Positions 14,401-28,275 are shown, counted from the first letter of the whole stretch. The stretch: 62,862 nucleotides of DNA, filler included, from Klebsormidium nitens (GCA_000708835.1; 7 parts of 7 records of this genome joined end to end with filler, not necessarily neighbours in it); one strand, 5' to 3'. Notes: a model not told the origin generated them from the sequence alone. A program made the numbers and translations.

Positions 14401-15241
14401 TGGTAGTGGATACTTCAGCGATCTGGGAGGTAATCTGTGGCAAAGTGGCGCGAAATAGGTGACGATTCCAGAGAATGGCAGCACTTTTACGACAGGTCTG
14501 TAAAACGGCGGATTTGTGGATGCTGAAGCACTTCAAACGTGAGCAGGCTCCCTTCTTGACTGTTTAAATTGTGGTTGGGGGTTCCGATTTGTTAGGTCTG
14601 CCTGGCAATCCGGATTAGTTCTGCTGCTTTACCCGTTAGTGTTTGCTTGCCGATCTGGTAAGTTCTCCTGCTTTGACGACTATCGGCCAAATGTTCCCCC
14701 GTTGAAGATATCAGAGGCCAGTCGAGATCTCGTTTACTGACTAGCTCTATAAACGAGGGTCGAGCTTGGTTGTCCCCTTTGGTGTCGCCCAGCAGATAAA
14801 GGGAAATGGCCGTGCTTTTTCGATTGGCGACTTGTGCAGATTTTTGTCGGGTATGATTGGCATTGCAGCGACCTGGACGTTGGTTCGTGTTCTGTCGCTC
14901 ATGGATTAGTAGTGGTGTGGTTTGCAAAATGTGGCCTCGTAAAAGCAAGTTGACGACCGAAAATCTGTGGCGTGGCTCGTGTGGCATTAAGGCAAGGCTG
15001 CTGCATCGAAGCTTGTCGGCGTCTAGACCTGTTATCCTGTCAACATGCCGTTTGATTGGAATGGTTTCCCTTTGATTGGAAGGTTGCTGATGGTGTGCGT
15101 ATCGTGTCTGCAGCGGCACTGGAGGTCCTCCACGCGGCGGGCTTCAGAGAAGACGGAGCTTCCGACAGCATGGTGCTTCAGCGAGACGATCCAGGCTTGC
15201 TGTGGCTGACCTGCTCGTTCGTAGAGGGGAGTCTTGCATAA
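11429..15241 (+). CDS. WLM (Wss1-like) zinc metalloprotease with N-terminal ubiquitin-like domain and C-terminal PUB/PUG domain
   Basis: Exons 11429-11704, 12194-12394, 12627-12707, 13023-14360 and 15114-15241 have phase-consistent GT-AG junctions. WLM motif is GFNRNRGAEISLRLRTDD...LLHELTHMVH (HExxH). PUB motif is LATILRNVMEHPAEAKYRRVR...AGF...DPGLLWL. One apparent -1 frameshift at the G run near 13750-13754. Confidence 0.9.
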
Positions 15242-17781
15242 GCGCAACGAAAAGAGACAAATTCATCACCTTTTGCGTCAGAAGCCCTTGCGGAGAGGTT
15301 CAGCAATCACCTATTTGACGAGCCGAGGGTCAAGTCTCTAGCCGTGTACAATCTGAGGCCTCGTAACTTGGAGCTGGAAAAACGACCGAGGTCAAGTACA
15401 TTACACATAGTCCCCTTCTCTTTGTGTAAAGTGCCTTCGCGACCGTGTCAAATATCAGGACTTAACACTAAGGTTATCAGATATGAAAGGTTGCTGCTGT
15501 ACAGGCACTGGCAGGTGCAAATATTCTTAAATGCGCATGTGAATGCAGTGCAGGACAGGGCCAGAGCGACGATTGAATTGGATCGTTCAGGAGTAGGTTC
15601 CGAAGCGTCGTGGTCGACGACCTCGCTTATCAAAGAATCGCCAAGGGGGTTCTTTCTTGTGATCGGAATTTGTTGTTTGATGCATTGGCCGCAGATTTTT
15701 TTCCATTCTTCTTAATTAAAGATTGTTATGCATGCATGATGCCATGGCTTATGCATGCCACTGGCAGCACTTCTTACAATTAATTAGCGTTGAAGAATTT
15801 TGCCAGCTCAACGCGCGTACGCTTATTAGGTATTGCATCCGCGCTGGCTTCCCTGACTGCATGAGTCGATCCTTAATTAAGTTTCGGATCAGCTAGTCGC
15901 AGTCGGTTTCTGGCTTGTATTATGTAACTTACATGTAGGATGGCAGCATCGAGTGGTTGGAAATGGAGATGTTACAGAACGTCCGCACATAGCTGCCTGT
16001 TTTCATTGCGAAATTCTAGCTCGCATAATCCAAGTTAGCATGTTCCAGGGATGATGTACGAGTTCTAATATGCCATCCTCAGCTATACTTATTAAATTAG
16101 TTACATTGCGGCAGCTGGCTGACGCCAATTGAGTGGGAAAATAACAATCTACGTTGTGCGAAGTAATCAAGCCCTAGCTAGATAATCTTCCACCATTTCA
16201 CGCATGTGGATGATCGGAATCGCGATCCAATCAATCGCATGCACGTACTGCCCGCACACGTCTATCTTGTCCTCTCAAATTGCTTGCAATTTGCAGCGGC
16301 TGGGTTGTTGTTCACAGGGGTAACACACATATCGGTGGTAGACAGCCAACTGATCCTCGACCAAGGACGAATTCGGCCGTCTGCCCACATGTTGTTTTAC
16401 CGCGCTTTCAACTGATCTTTCCAGTGAGTTCTGTTGTGTTCACAATCGCAGTTCTCAAAAGCCGCCTCAAACTTGTCTCCTTGACAGAAGGAGGACAGAA
16501 GCTGGGTGTATACAATCGGTAAAAGACGAGGAAAGTGCGGAATTACGAAGTGTTCAAAGTGGTCACTCGAAGATCTCCAGCAGGCAAACTTGCAGCTTGT
16601 TTGGACGGAGCTGTTGGCGTTAATATGAGTACGTCTTCGTCAGAAGATCGAAGACGAGCAAGTATGAAGTCGAAGATCCCGAAGCAGCGTTCTCAGGGTT
16701 TTGTCGGTCGGAGATTGTCTCACATGACAACGAAGGGTATAGTCACTCGAGCTTCCTCCAAACAAAAGCGCCGTAGCTTATGATGCACTTTTCACATCGG
16801 TGTCGTAAGTCGTATTCCGCTCAGTACCTCTTGAAGAGGCTCCTTATGGCAAGATACACACATTTCAAAAAAAAAATGCAGTCCTCAAAAGATCGTAAAG
16901 TAACTGTGGCAAGCAAGGGATGGAGATCACTTCTGGGTCTCAGACAGAGTGGTGACTGGAAGACCATTATGCGGGAGTAATTGCTTGAGCGACTGTGCAC
17001 GTCGCTTTCCCGGTCGACGAAGGCAGCCGTTGCTAACGGCACCCCGCGAACTGAGGTTTCTTTTCTGAACTCCGACAGAGAGGGGATCGAAGAACTTCAG
17101 GCGGGAGCGACCGCCAGAGCGAATGTCTGGCTTTCCCGGTCAGCGGAGGGCAGCCGTTGCCGGCGGCCGGGCAGCAGAGGAAGACGAGATCTGTATCCGA
17201 CTTCTAGACTTGAGCAGCCTAAGGCATTAACAACAGATGCCTGATACCATGTTCAGGGGTTTGCCAGGCCGTAGTACAACGCGTGCAATTGCCGGGCAAT
17301 ACGTCGTGCTAACTCAGTGTACATATAAGTGCATAAGTAAGGCTACGATGTTTCACCCATGCGCCAGAGCACGCTGATGGAGATTGAAAGTTCATGGGCA
17401 TCAACCCGAGGCCGAACCAGGTCCTGCCGTTTTGCTGGGCCGGCCGACTGAATGGTCTGCTCGAAACTATATCTTTTTATGCCTTAAGTGTATGGACGAG
17501 AGCAAGCTTTTCGATTTGGCAGGCTTTATAGCAATCTTTATTCCGCGCTGGACTGCATACGCTGGACATTCCAAGCAATCCTTTACGATGCACTTCGACA
17601 GATCGCCGAAGGGGTCGGTCAGTCCTCCGGACGACGTCTTGTTTTCTTTTAACAAAGAATGAACCTCTCCGAAGTACTTCCTCTTTGTTGAAGAGCCATG
17701 TCCAGTAGATTTTCCCAGCGTCCTGGCAACGCATCGCCCAAGAATGCGCAATCCATAGCGACAGTGGGCGACTTCACGTGT

Positions 17782-20700
17782 TCAGCAGCCGCTGGCCGGC
17801 GCGGTCCCGCAGTTGGGCAGGCACACCCCCTTTGCTCCGATACGGACCGCGCCGCAGCTGCCAGCACAGTTGTACCCGGCGAGGCAGTCTGAGTCCACGG
17901 TACAGCTCCTTTTGCACGCGGCGCACAGGACGTTTGCCTGGCAGACAGTCGGGCTGGGAACACTTCCTCCCACGTAATCGCCACACGCGCAATGGGCTTC
18001 GCCGGGGCCGAACGGCGTCGGGATGTCGGCGCACTCGGTGTTGGTTCCGAAACCGAGGTTGCGACACGCCAGTGCTACGGTTCCTGCCAGTTATCAAGGT
18101 CCTGAGATCCAGTCAACATTTCGATCCAGTAAGATTTCAAGACATGATTCAGCAGCCTAGTGCAAACGCAGACGTTTCTCTTGAAAGGCCGATCGTGAGG
18201 GCGATCGTCATCCAGGACAAATCAGGGAAAGCGAGACGCAAACTCGTGAAATCAGATTAGCTGGCGGCCAGACATGGAGCAACTGCAACCTCTCGTTCTA
18301 TCTGCTACCTTTCGTTCTATCTGCTGATTGTTATGAACCCGATGGGAGCAGGGTATCAATTCGCGTCACAACCGCCGACTTCAACAAACGGGTCCTCTTC
18401 GCTGAGGTTGTCCAGACAGCTTCAACGAGAATACGAACAGGACCTTATATGGACAAATGATATCCACAGCGCCAATAGAAATCAAGGGCATAAAAGGCAC
18501 ACGAGGCGTCGTCTCTGTAAGTTTCGTGGGCTCTTACGCTGACGAAATTTCCTGTCTTCCGCAGAACACGCCTATTTTCAGCCGTTAGACTGAACGGTTT
18601 TCGACCAAATCTGAAGTGCCAACGGGGGCAATCAGTGCGTTTACCTGGCAAGGGAGTCGGCACGAGAGTGGTCGGCAGAGGGAGAGTCGGCAGGGGAACG
18701 GTTGGAAGAGGGAGAGTTGGCAGAGGAGTGGTCGGTAAAGGGGTAGTGGGGAGAGGAGTGGTCGGTAAAGGAGTGGTCGGTAGAGGAGTAGTCGGCAGAG
18801 AAGTAGTTGGCGGAGAAGAAGTTGGCAGAGGAGTGGTCGTTAGAGGGAGAGTCGGCAGAGGAGTGCTGGGCACAGGAAGAGTCGGAATAGGAGTGCCGGT
18901 CGGTGACATCGCCGATGGACAGTTGCGACTGCAGGCTCCCGGACAGCACACCCAATCATAGACTGACGAGGCCCCCACTTGCACGACGTCGCAGAGGGTG
19001 TTGTCCGGAGGGCAAGTGAGGCCTACGTCAGGAAATGCTTCAGCTTGTCAGCGAACTGAGTCTCCGAAGCTCCAATTAGAAGGTTGGCAAGGTGCGGCTT
19101 CCGAATCGAGGTTTGCCAAGGGTTAGGAGACCCCTCCAGCGTCTTTAAGGCACCGTCGCCTTCAAAGCAGATCCGCAGGAGTCAACAAGGGGTACGAGGT
19201 TTCTAGGCCCGCCATTGCGGTGAAATGGAGTCAAACAGAAACTCCATAAATCTTAGCAAAGAACATTCGACTCTGACCTGGTAATGATCACTGATCGGTG
19301 AAGTTTCTACTTCATCAGACCATTGATGCAGACGGTTGAAGAATCTGTCGTACTACGAAGCAGATTTCTAGTTCGGCTCTGAGTTGCACGATTCAAGACT
19401 CTTGGAAACTGTGTCAAAGGAGAAAAAAACAGTCAGGCTTAGTTTGTCGTCGAGCTGGCGATATGTTGGGAGTCAAGTCAAGCTGGCTGAGCGCGCGTCT
19501 TACCACGAGCATCAACGAAGGGAACTTGATTGGTTGGGGAAGCGACGTTGTTGCATCCAATCAAAGTCATGGGGCATGGCGTGTCAGGGTATCCAGCGTT
19601 GGGGCAGCAGCCCGCAAAGGGGGCGTTGACAAAGATTGGCAAGGGGAGAGGGCAGAGCAGGTTTTGGGGCGGCGCACACACCGGCGTGGAAGTATAACCT
19701 GCAAAAGAAGAATAAGTCTGGCTGAAGCCGATGTAGTTGTCGGGCCATTCAGAGTGATTTGCGCAAAGTGGAGAAGCAGTTCATTAGACTTCGCTTCGAA
19801 AATCAAGGTAGACGTCAGCTCAAATGAGAGAGTAAGTCAATGAGACCTTTCCTGCAAGAAGCGTGCAGCATTCTAAGAGGCCGCTTTGCGGAGCTTTGCT
19901 CTCTTTTGCTTTGCTTTACTCGCCCTAGCTTAGACAAGAGAAGTACTCGCAGAACCGCTAGCGGTCATCTGAGGCACACCCACAAAGATTGATCTACATA
20001 TTGGTCTATGTGTCTGTGGGTGCCAATACATAGATCAACTCAGGCACTAGTCGAGATTGCTGACGGTAGGACGGTTCATCTTCGAGATGATTTAATCTCT
20101 TGCGAGTCGAACGTTTGACGAGACGACAAGGTATTGAGAGTACAGCATGATCAAAACAGACAACGGCCGACTCTTTTCAAGTCAAAGAAGTCACGTACGT
20201 TTCCGTTAATCATCTGCTCTGATGAGAGATTGCGTAGATGGAATGTCCCGAAGCACAGATATCATGTGCACAGACTGCATGACAAGCACCCAGTCAGACT
20301 TACTCGGGAATGCCTTCCGGAGTACTGTGTCAAACACGGCCTGCATTCAGCAATCAGAAAGTTTCACAGCCCTGATCGAGAAACTGCAAGGCTCCCGCAA
20401 TCTCCAAGGCTCCCGCAATCAACCCTGCTGTGAAAAAAAAGATGGTCATTATAATTATGCTTCTCCAGAGCAACACGGTAGCACTAGTCTTTGACATCTC
20501 ACGCTTCTTCAAAGCTCGAGACGCAGCTGATTGTACTCCACTGGCTATCTGCGGCCGGTATACCTGGTTGGAGAGCAATATGCAACTTCGAGCCAAAAAA
20601 ATACAGATGTCTCTCTTTAAAGTGGCCTGAGCTAAAGGGTATGTTGAGGTCTGCATTCTAACCATTACTAGGCATATGCGATGAGGGAAGAAGGTAAAAG

Positions 20701-20865
20701 CACGGTTGTTGCATGCTTCAAACACTTCCACGTTCTTATGCTGCAAGCGAAATCTCCAAAGTTATTCTGCCCGATCGCATCTTTGCTTACCTGGCAAGTC
20801 GTACAGAATAGGAGCAACAGGATCATTCTGACGAAGAAGACAAAATTTCTCTTGGCTGACGTCAT
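17782..20865 (-). CDS. Putative secreted Cys-rich protein with Thr/Pro (TTPLP)n linker
   Basis: Phase-1-consistent exons 19698-19504, 19022-18643 and 18083-17782 give Cys-rich modules flanking TTPLP repeats and end in ...CKRSCTVDSDCLAGYNCAGSCG...CLPNCGTAPASGC*. A candidate signal-peptide exon 20865-20791 (MTSAKRNFVFFVRMILLLLFCTTCQ|GT) is less certain and would need an intervening exon. Confidence 0.6.
18655..18890 (-). repeat. 15-bp coding minisatellite encoding (T[T/L]PLP)n
   Basis: About 12 imperfect copies of GGTCGGYAGAGGAGT-like units on the + strand. Confidence 0.85.
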
Positions 20866-22601
20866 GGTTTGCTGCTTCTGAGCTCTTCGAAAAGCTGTTC
20901 AAAGAATGATTTCGCAAGCTTTGCTACCCTCCGAATGATCTGCGCTGTGGTTGGCTCGAAACGGTGATCAACAATAGGCGCGTAACCTTGAGAAGAGAAC
21001 AGTGCTAGGAAGCGGAAGAAGAGCAATGGAATAGCTGGCTTCATGAAGTCTGGTCTTATAGACGGAATGCTTTCAGTCAAGTGCTTTCCCATAGTGCAAG
21101 CTGACTGCTTAGTAAAGTAACGCCGCTTTACAACTGCTGTAGCAAAATTCGGGCCACTGTGGTTCCTGGTTACATATTCCAACGAGACGCATGCCGCTCA
21201 ATTTTGCACAATTTCCCTGCGCACCGTGACAGCAGGGAGAAGATCAGCTCAGGTATAGGGTCGAGGCGGCGTTTCCCGCCGCTGGCCCTCGAGGTGTGAG
21301 CTTGCTATCGATTACGAGGATGTTTCTCCAGAAAGAATTGTCTACGATGGAGAGAACGCAATTGGAAGATAACAAGGGTGCTCTCAGACAATCACACAGG
21401 CGGTCACACTATCCATATGTGTGCTCTCAATCCATGCGGTCTCGACCTGTCAAAGTACGTGAAATCGAGGCGATCAATCTTGTGGGCGTCCGACGACGTC
21501 TTTCCGACGCTCCCTCATCTTAGCAACCGACGTGTAATTCCGAGGATTGCTTCTTCCACTGCACTGACAGACTATGCACGAGGATCGAACGAGAGGTCTT
21601 AAATATTGAATCAAGAAAGTATACACATCTATGTATGGCTAGCTTGCTTGAGGACCAAATGTATGCACAGCCGATGAGGAGGAGACCCTAGAGCGATTAC
21701 TACGAAACCTGATCAAGCTGTATTCAGCGTTGCATTCTGCATTGATATCTACTCCGTCGATCAATTTGTGATTCTGTTCCTGTGGTGAGAATGGAGAGTT
21801 TAACGGATGCAGTGCACTACAGCCTGAAGTCTACTCAGTACTGGCATCCACAAAGTGAAACCTGATCGTGCTCGCAAATATGATCATGTTTGACTGCGGC
21901 CTCCATGTTGCTGACAGATCCCGTCAGCTGCAACTGCATGTCCGATCTGCTGTGGCAAGCGTGCATGGATTGAAGATTGCATGATCGAGACTCGATGCCT
22001 GCACGTACTGAGTTTGATCCGATCCAATGATCCGACATGTTTATTACTAAAGACTTCAACAATTATTGCGCATAATGAAGGGTTTTGATTGAAGCTAAGC
22101 TCGGCGCATATGTGCATAGGCTCGGATGTTACACAACATACACGTGATTGTGTGCACGCGAGATTTGTCCGGCACTGAGTACCGTTCCAGAGCAAGAGCC
22201 GAAGCTGATGGATCAACATGATTGTGCACGCAATATGGGTCGCAGCAAGGCATGCATGTGGCTCGAACCAAATCTCCAAGCATTCCGCTGGATTAGATAA
22301 CGCGGGTGACAAGAAGGTTTCACTTCTACATAATTTCGGTGCAATCCCACATTAATCAGCTGCAACCATAACATGCTCGTGTATGTCAAACAGATGCTGC
22401 CTCGCTCATGCATAATGCAACCGTATCCTGTTTGTGAACAGCAACAAGAATGCATTCCATTTGAAGCAAGGCTTGCTGAAGTGGACCTTGCTTTTACTTT
22501 GACAGAAACCTTCGTCGAGGCATACAACTACCGAAAGTTGCACTTGGTCTAACTCTCCAATCAAGCATCCTCAGTTCGCTGCACACCTCAGCAGTACATG
22601 C

Positions 22602-25600
22602 TTATGTAATCCCCATGGACGCCATCAGCTTATCATACTCTTCCGCCAGCTTCTTGTCAGTCTCGCCAGGAGGCCGAGGCATCATCTGCGGCCGAGGCTG
22701 AAAACCAAATTGCGGGGGAGGGCCTTGCTGCCAGGGTGGCATTTGAGGAGGGGGAGCCTGGCCCATCTGCGGAGCTGGGGGCCTCTGCTGGCCCCATGGG
22801 GGGTTTGCGGGACCAGGCATCTGGGGGTTCTGCGCCCAGGGGGGAAGAGACGAAGTTTGCTGAGCGGGGTACATTTGGAATGGACGGGGCCCGCTAGTTG
22901 ACGGCTCCGGCGCCTTGTTGGCCAGCCAGGGGGGCAGTTTGTTCTCGGCCTGTGGGGGCGGCCCCTGGAAACCCTGAGGAAGGGGTGCACCGAACCGAGG
23001 GGGGGGCACGGACATGTAGTTGCCGGGCGGCCGGTTCATGGGGGGCTGGAACTGGGGCGGGGGACCCCCCTGGAAAATTGGCGGAGGGCCCTGGGCAGGA
23101 GGCGGCGTCGGCCGGGGCGCAGGGCCCCCCCTGCCCGACAGAATCGCTTCAATGTCCAGCGGGCTCATGCCAGCAAACGCCTTTGACGCGTGCAGGGCCG
23201 AGTTGTCGGGGCGGGGCAGCGCAGGATTCTCCATCGGGGGGGGTGGCCGGAAGTCGGGGGGAGGTGCAGGTCGAGCGTAGCCCAGGCCAGGCCGGATGTT
23301 GTTTCTTGCAAAAGGTGGCCGCATACTTGGAGCGGCCGCTGTTTGCGCTGCCGGGGTGGCTGCAGCTGCGGGGGCTGCGCCTCCTAGGCCAGTACCGAGC
23401 TCCTGAAGGAAGTTCTGGAACTCGTTGTCCATGTTCTGACCCTGCACAGCGAAATGAGCAAAGGGTTTGAGTCCAGAGAGATTGCTCAGCCCAGTTTGTA
23501 TCGCTGGGGAGAGTTGACTTAGAGCGGCCATTCTGACAAAGTTGCCTTTGGATCTCCAGCCAATGGGAACAAGCCACCTTTTTGCAACACGAACTGAAAA
23601 AACCTGAAGCCCTGGGTCGAAAATCACTCCAGTATTGTCCTTCGCCCGCTGCTCTGAAGAAACAATGTCAAATACAACGGCAACGAAACCCATTTCTCCA
23701 TCGTAGTGGATCAACGTCCAACCAGCTGGATCTGCACGGGTCGATCCGAACTTCGGCATCTGCCTGGTCTTTGAAACTTTGACGAAAACAAGCCCAAGAG
23801 TGCTCCTCCATTTTTGCTACCGGACGAGGCAAACATCCGGCTCCCCAAAACAAACGGGCCAATCAGCAGCGACACAAAGGATTCAGTATTGAGGGACGCA
23901 AAGAGCAGCCATCCTGCAAGAAGAATAGCAAAGGCTGAATGAGTTGGAAAAAGTCGGGTGCAGGGGTAAAACTCACCATGCCTTTCCTGGGACAGTCCAC
24001 TGTGGGATGCCCCCCATCCCCGCAGATGCTGCACGTAACCTTGGCCAGGAACGTGGTCAGCTGCTGCTTCGGGCACTTCCAGTCGGGGTGCCCCGGCTCC
24101 CCGCAGTTGCGGCACAGCCGATCAAACGCGCGCACCGTTCCGTTCATCTCCGCAAGCTCCATCAGCTGCTTGCGCTTGTGGGCGTTGTGGTGCTCCTGGA
24201 ATCAGAAAAGAGAAAGTCATGCATGAGTGAGGAATTGAGCACGGTGCCAAGGCCCCTGAAGAAGGAATGTGTGGCCAATCCGAAAAGAAGTACGTGGACA
24301 GATTTCTGATGAAATGAGCCCTCATGATCTGCCTTACATACTTCACTGGGAGCCTAGTCTGTTCTCGAGATGGTAGTCTACATTTTCCAATACACGGGAG
24401 CTTACGGGCCTCAGCCTGACGAAAGATGCCGCACTTACAGTGCATGGGAAACAAACCGATAGCATGGACAAAGTCTGATAAAAAGTCAACCTTGTTGATG
24501 CTCCTGAACTTCCTTTTAAGACTATGCAGGCCACCTCCGACACGATGTGTCTACAGCGGGAGACTTTAGCTTGACCTCAAGATTCGTCCACGGGAATCTG
24601 CTTGCCACTTATTCAATGAGAGCATGCATATTCCACAGATCTCATCCAAGCACTCACATCCAGCGGCGTCAGCAGCGGCTCGATCAGCGCCACCGCCTTG
24701 TCCACTTTGTCCAGCGAGTCTGCGCTGATGTGCACGTGCAGCTCCTCATCCCAGCCCTCCGGCATCTTCCCATTCTTCATCTTGAACTTGCCGTCCTTTT
24801 CCGACCCCTTTCCCCGAATCGCAATCTTGCACCCCGTCTCTGTCTCTAGCCGCTTTTGCGTGTTACCTCTGGGCCCCAGAATGAGGCCGATGAAGTTGTA
24901 CCCAGGGTACTGCTTGACCTGTGAGCGGATTTGCAGGAGGTTCGGATTGACGCCGCGTTGTCGGAGAGGGGAGGAACGCAGGAAGCAACAGCGAGGGGGG
25001 AGGCACAGGGGAGAGCAAACGTGTTAGAATTGGTCCGTGAACGTAGTCAAGTAGCATGCATAAAACATAGCTTGGCAGTGTTCCGGCGAGGAAGTCGAGG
25101 AAAGGAGGAGACAATTACCCGAGGGCTGTGTGTTGCGGTGGGGGGGAGTCAGCTCGCGCCCGCAGAGCAACCCCGAAACTTTGGGAATCCAAAGCTCACA
25201 CTGGACAGGTGATCCACCTTGCCAACTGATAGTAAAGGAGGGGGGCGGGTTTCGCGTTTTAATACTGTCCTAACCAGGCCCGAATGTTCAGCGACTCAAT
25301 CGAACTATCAATTAACCGATTCCCCACTCTGCTCCGCGTTTCATTCTGCCAAAGTCAAAGCTGGAGTGAAGTTAGTCTTTGAATTCTACCAGGAGCGACC
25401 AACAGTACCGTCGCTTGGATAAAATGTTGGCGATGCGCGCTATTTTTAACGCGCTATACAGGGCATACTTTGTCCCCAAAACAAAAAGTATTTGTTGCCC
25501 TGTTCGTACATAGCATCAGGGTATTACAAGAATGCAATCAAGCTACTAAGAACCCCCCCTTGCAAAGTATCAGAAGCTCAGCAAAAGAGTCCGCAGGCGA

Positions 25601-26701
25601 CCTACCGGTATGAACAGCTTGGCTTCCTCCAAGACAGGCCGCCACCCGGTTGGCGGCTTGAAGTATGGGTTCAGCTGCACAACTTCCCCAATCGCCTTCC
25701 TTCTTTCCAACTCTAGTTGCTCCTTAACTCTCCCCTGCAGATGTAGCATTTCACGCACGTAAGCCCCCACCAACTGATAAAAGACCTGCTTGAAGATGCA
25801 TTCAGCATCGAATCCACGCCAAACCCTAATGCATCAATTGTTTCTTTGTGATCGGTGTAAACCATCAGGACGTACTTGAATGCACCCAACAAACAAACAG
25901 ACAAGATCATGACACTCAGCGCTGCATATTTGATCACCGAAGTGATGCCATATGCAGATGTATTGACCCCCCAGCGTCTTAGGGCAAGCACAAGACCTTC
26001 CTCTCACCTCTCGAGTGTTGACTCGCTGCCCCATCTCATTGTACACGGGCGGAGGGGACGGCGAGCGGTAACCATCGTCCTCCACTTCAAACCGCTGCTC
26101 CTCTAGTTGTGCCTGAATCTGCTCGGCACGACGCTGCAAGCCAGGCATTTGAAATAGTTGAAGAGCTGACATTTCCACTTCGCAAGCTTGGCACCTTAGT
26201 GTGGCACACAAAATTTGCAAAATATCATGTAACATTTGTCTCCTCCTGCCAAAGCTCGTAAAGTGCAGAGGTAATAGAGCCTTCCTGCTTCGAAAGAGCA
26301 GAATCTGCAACAGATATTGCGAACAACAATGAGAGCTGTACCTGTAGCGCTAGCGCGCGGCTCTTCTTCACAGCCTCATCTTGCAGGGGGTCAGGCCCCC
26401 ACTTTGTGTTCCTGGGAGGCCTTGGTGGCTCATCCGACTTTGGGTCTACCGACTGCCACTTCACCCCCTGTCCAGCGATCGGCACTAGGGCGCCGGATAG
26501 CTTATTCTTAGGAATGACAAAGCTGATTGTCGACTTTCCTGGGACTTGAGACGCTGCTGCTGCTGTATCCTGTTCGGCATCCGGGTTGAGCCCCTTGTGG
26601 GCCGCCATGAGGCTGTAAGCCATCTTCTGCGCCGCAGCCCTGGCAGCCTCAATGTCGATGATTCCCCCCGCCCCCATTGGGATTATGCCTGTTTCTGCCA
26701 T
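22602..26701 (-). CDS. SF1: Splicing factor 1 / branchpoint-bridging protein-like (SF1 helix-hairpin, KH-QUA2, two CCHC zinc knuckles, Pro-rich tail)
   Basis: Six phase-0 exons, each a multiple of 3: 26701-26342, 26133-26008, 25734-25606, 24918-24658, 24195-23977 and 23441-22602. Motifs are [58 protein letters not shown], and knuckles [14 protein letters not shown] and [14 protein letters not shown]. Confidence 0.9.
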
Positions 26702-26780
26702 CTTTAAAAGATGTTTCTGGTCCCTCCTCCGACCCTCACTTCATTCAGGCAATCAGCAAGGAGCTCCGCCAAGACAAACT

Positions 26781-26815
26781 CTGAGTACCCTGAGTACCCT
26801 GACTACTCTGAGTGA
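26781..26815. repeat. 9-bp tandem repeat (CTGAGTACC)x~4 in the divergent promoter region
   Basis: CTGAGTACC CTGAGTACC CTGACTACT CTGAGTGA, ~80 bp upstream of the SF1-like ATG. Confidence 0.7.
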
Positions 26816-28275
26816 GGTATTGTGAACACGAAACAAGGACACATAACCAAGCGCTGAGCGCCCCTGAGGCTGCCGCATTCAACTTCAAGGGCATATTCAG
26901 ACCGAACCTTNNNNNNNNNNNNNNNNNNNNNNNNNNNNNNNNNNNNNNNNNNNNNNNNNNNNNNNNNNNNNNNNNNNNNNNNNNNNNNNNNNNNNNNNNN
27001 NNNNNNNNNNNNNNNNNNNNNNNNNNNNNNNNNNNNNNNNNNNNNNNNNNNNNNNNNNNNNNNNNNNNNNNNNNNNNNNNNNNNNNNNNNNNNNNNNNNN
27101 NNNNNNNNNNNNNNNNNNNNNNNNNNNNNNNNNNNNNNNNNNNNNNNNNNNNNNNNNNNNNNNNNNNNNNNNNNNNNNNNNNNNNNNNNNNNNNNNNNNN
27201 NNNNNNNNNNNNNNNNNNNNNNNNNNNNNNNNNNNNNNNNNNNNNNNNNNNNNNNNNNNNNNNNNNNNNNNNNNNNNNNNNNNNNNNNNNNNNNNNNNNN
27301 NNNNNNNNNNNNNNNNNNNNNNNNNNNNNNNNNNNNNNNNNNNNNNNNNNNNNNNNNNNNNNNNNNNNNNNNNNNNNNNNNNNNNNNNNNNNNNNNNNNN
27401 NNNNNNNNNNNNNNNNNNNNNNNNNNNNNNNNNNNNNNNNNNNNNNNNNNNNNNNNNNNNNNNNNNNNNNNNNNNNNNNNNNNNNNNNNNNNNNNNNNNN
27501 NNNNNNNNNNNNNNNNNNNNNNNNNNNNNNNNNNNNNNNNNNNNNNNNNNNNNNNNNNNNNNNNNNNNNNNNNNNNNNNNNNNNNNNNNNNNNNNNNNNN
27601 NNNNNNNNNNNNNNNNNNNNNNNNNNNNNNNNNNNNNNNNNNNNNNNNNNNNNNNNNNNNNNNNNNNNNNNNNNNNNNNNNNNNNNAAGAGCCGCTGCGT
27701 TGATCCTTCTCCTGGCGCCAGCCTCTCCTCAGGCTCTACTCTGCCTGCCTGCCGTAATCGTGTGGGTAGCCCGGCAACTAGACAGGCGGAAGTCCTTAGG
27801 AAGCTCCTTGACCAGCCTGCCAGTGCATACATCGACGGTGTGGATAGCTTTGGAATATCGACGGTCTACCGTTCTTCACATCCAGAATTATAGCATCGAC
27901 GGTGAATCATCCACAGACTTTCTATAGAGCTACCTGTTTGCCAGGCACAGGCTGTCATGCATAGCTAGTTCGAGAAGGATCATGGCGCCTCCAGTCGTTA
28001 GGCTTCACGTTGCTTCCTCACGTTGCCCGATCTCGGAAAATTCGTCAGGGCAACATTGAGAGACGTTCTCTCGAGTCTTGCGTTTCTTTCTCTGACCCCA
28101 TGATCTGACCAGGGCCTTCTCAGCCTTGTCCATCATCAGCACCTTGGACCCTTTTCAGGACTTTGAAAGTGGAAGGGCGCAGACAATTGTGCAGGAGGAA
28201 AAACCTCCTGTCACACCACTTCAGTGACTTATTTTCTGACATATCCTGACATTGAGTCAAAGGTAGAAGTGCATC

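Noticed and set aside
20386-20421. 18-bp tandem duplication (also ~19-bp at 1763-1796 and ~39-bp at 38637-38710)
   Set aside because: Ordinary slippage duplications with no further structure.
22602-23759. 385-aa ORF as a standalone gene, and its GC-rich antisense ORFs
   Set aside because: The portion above 23441 is SF1 intron 5; the antisense ORFs are shadows of the Pro-rich exon.
26812-27927. Long ORFs 26812-27927 and 26897-27832
   Set aside because: Open only because they run through Ns.
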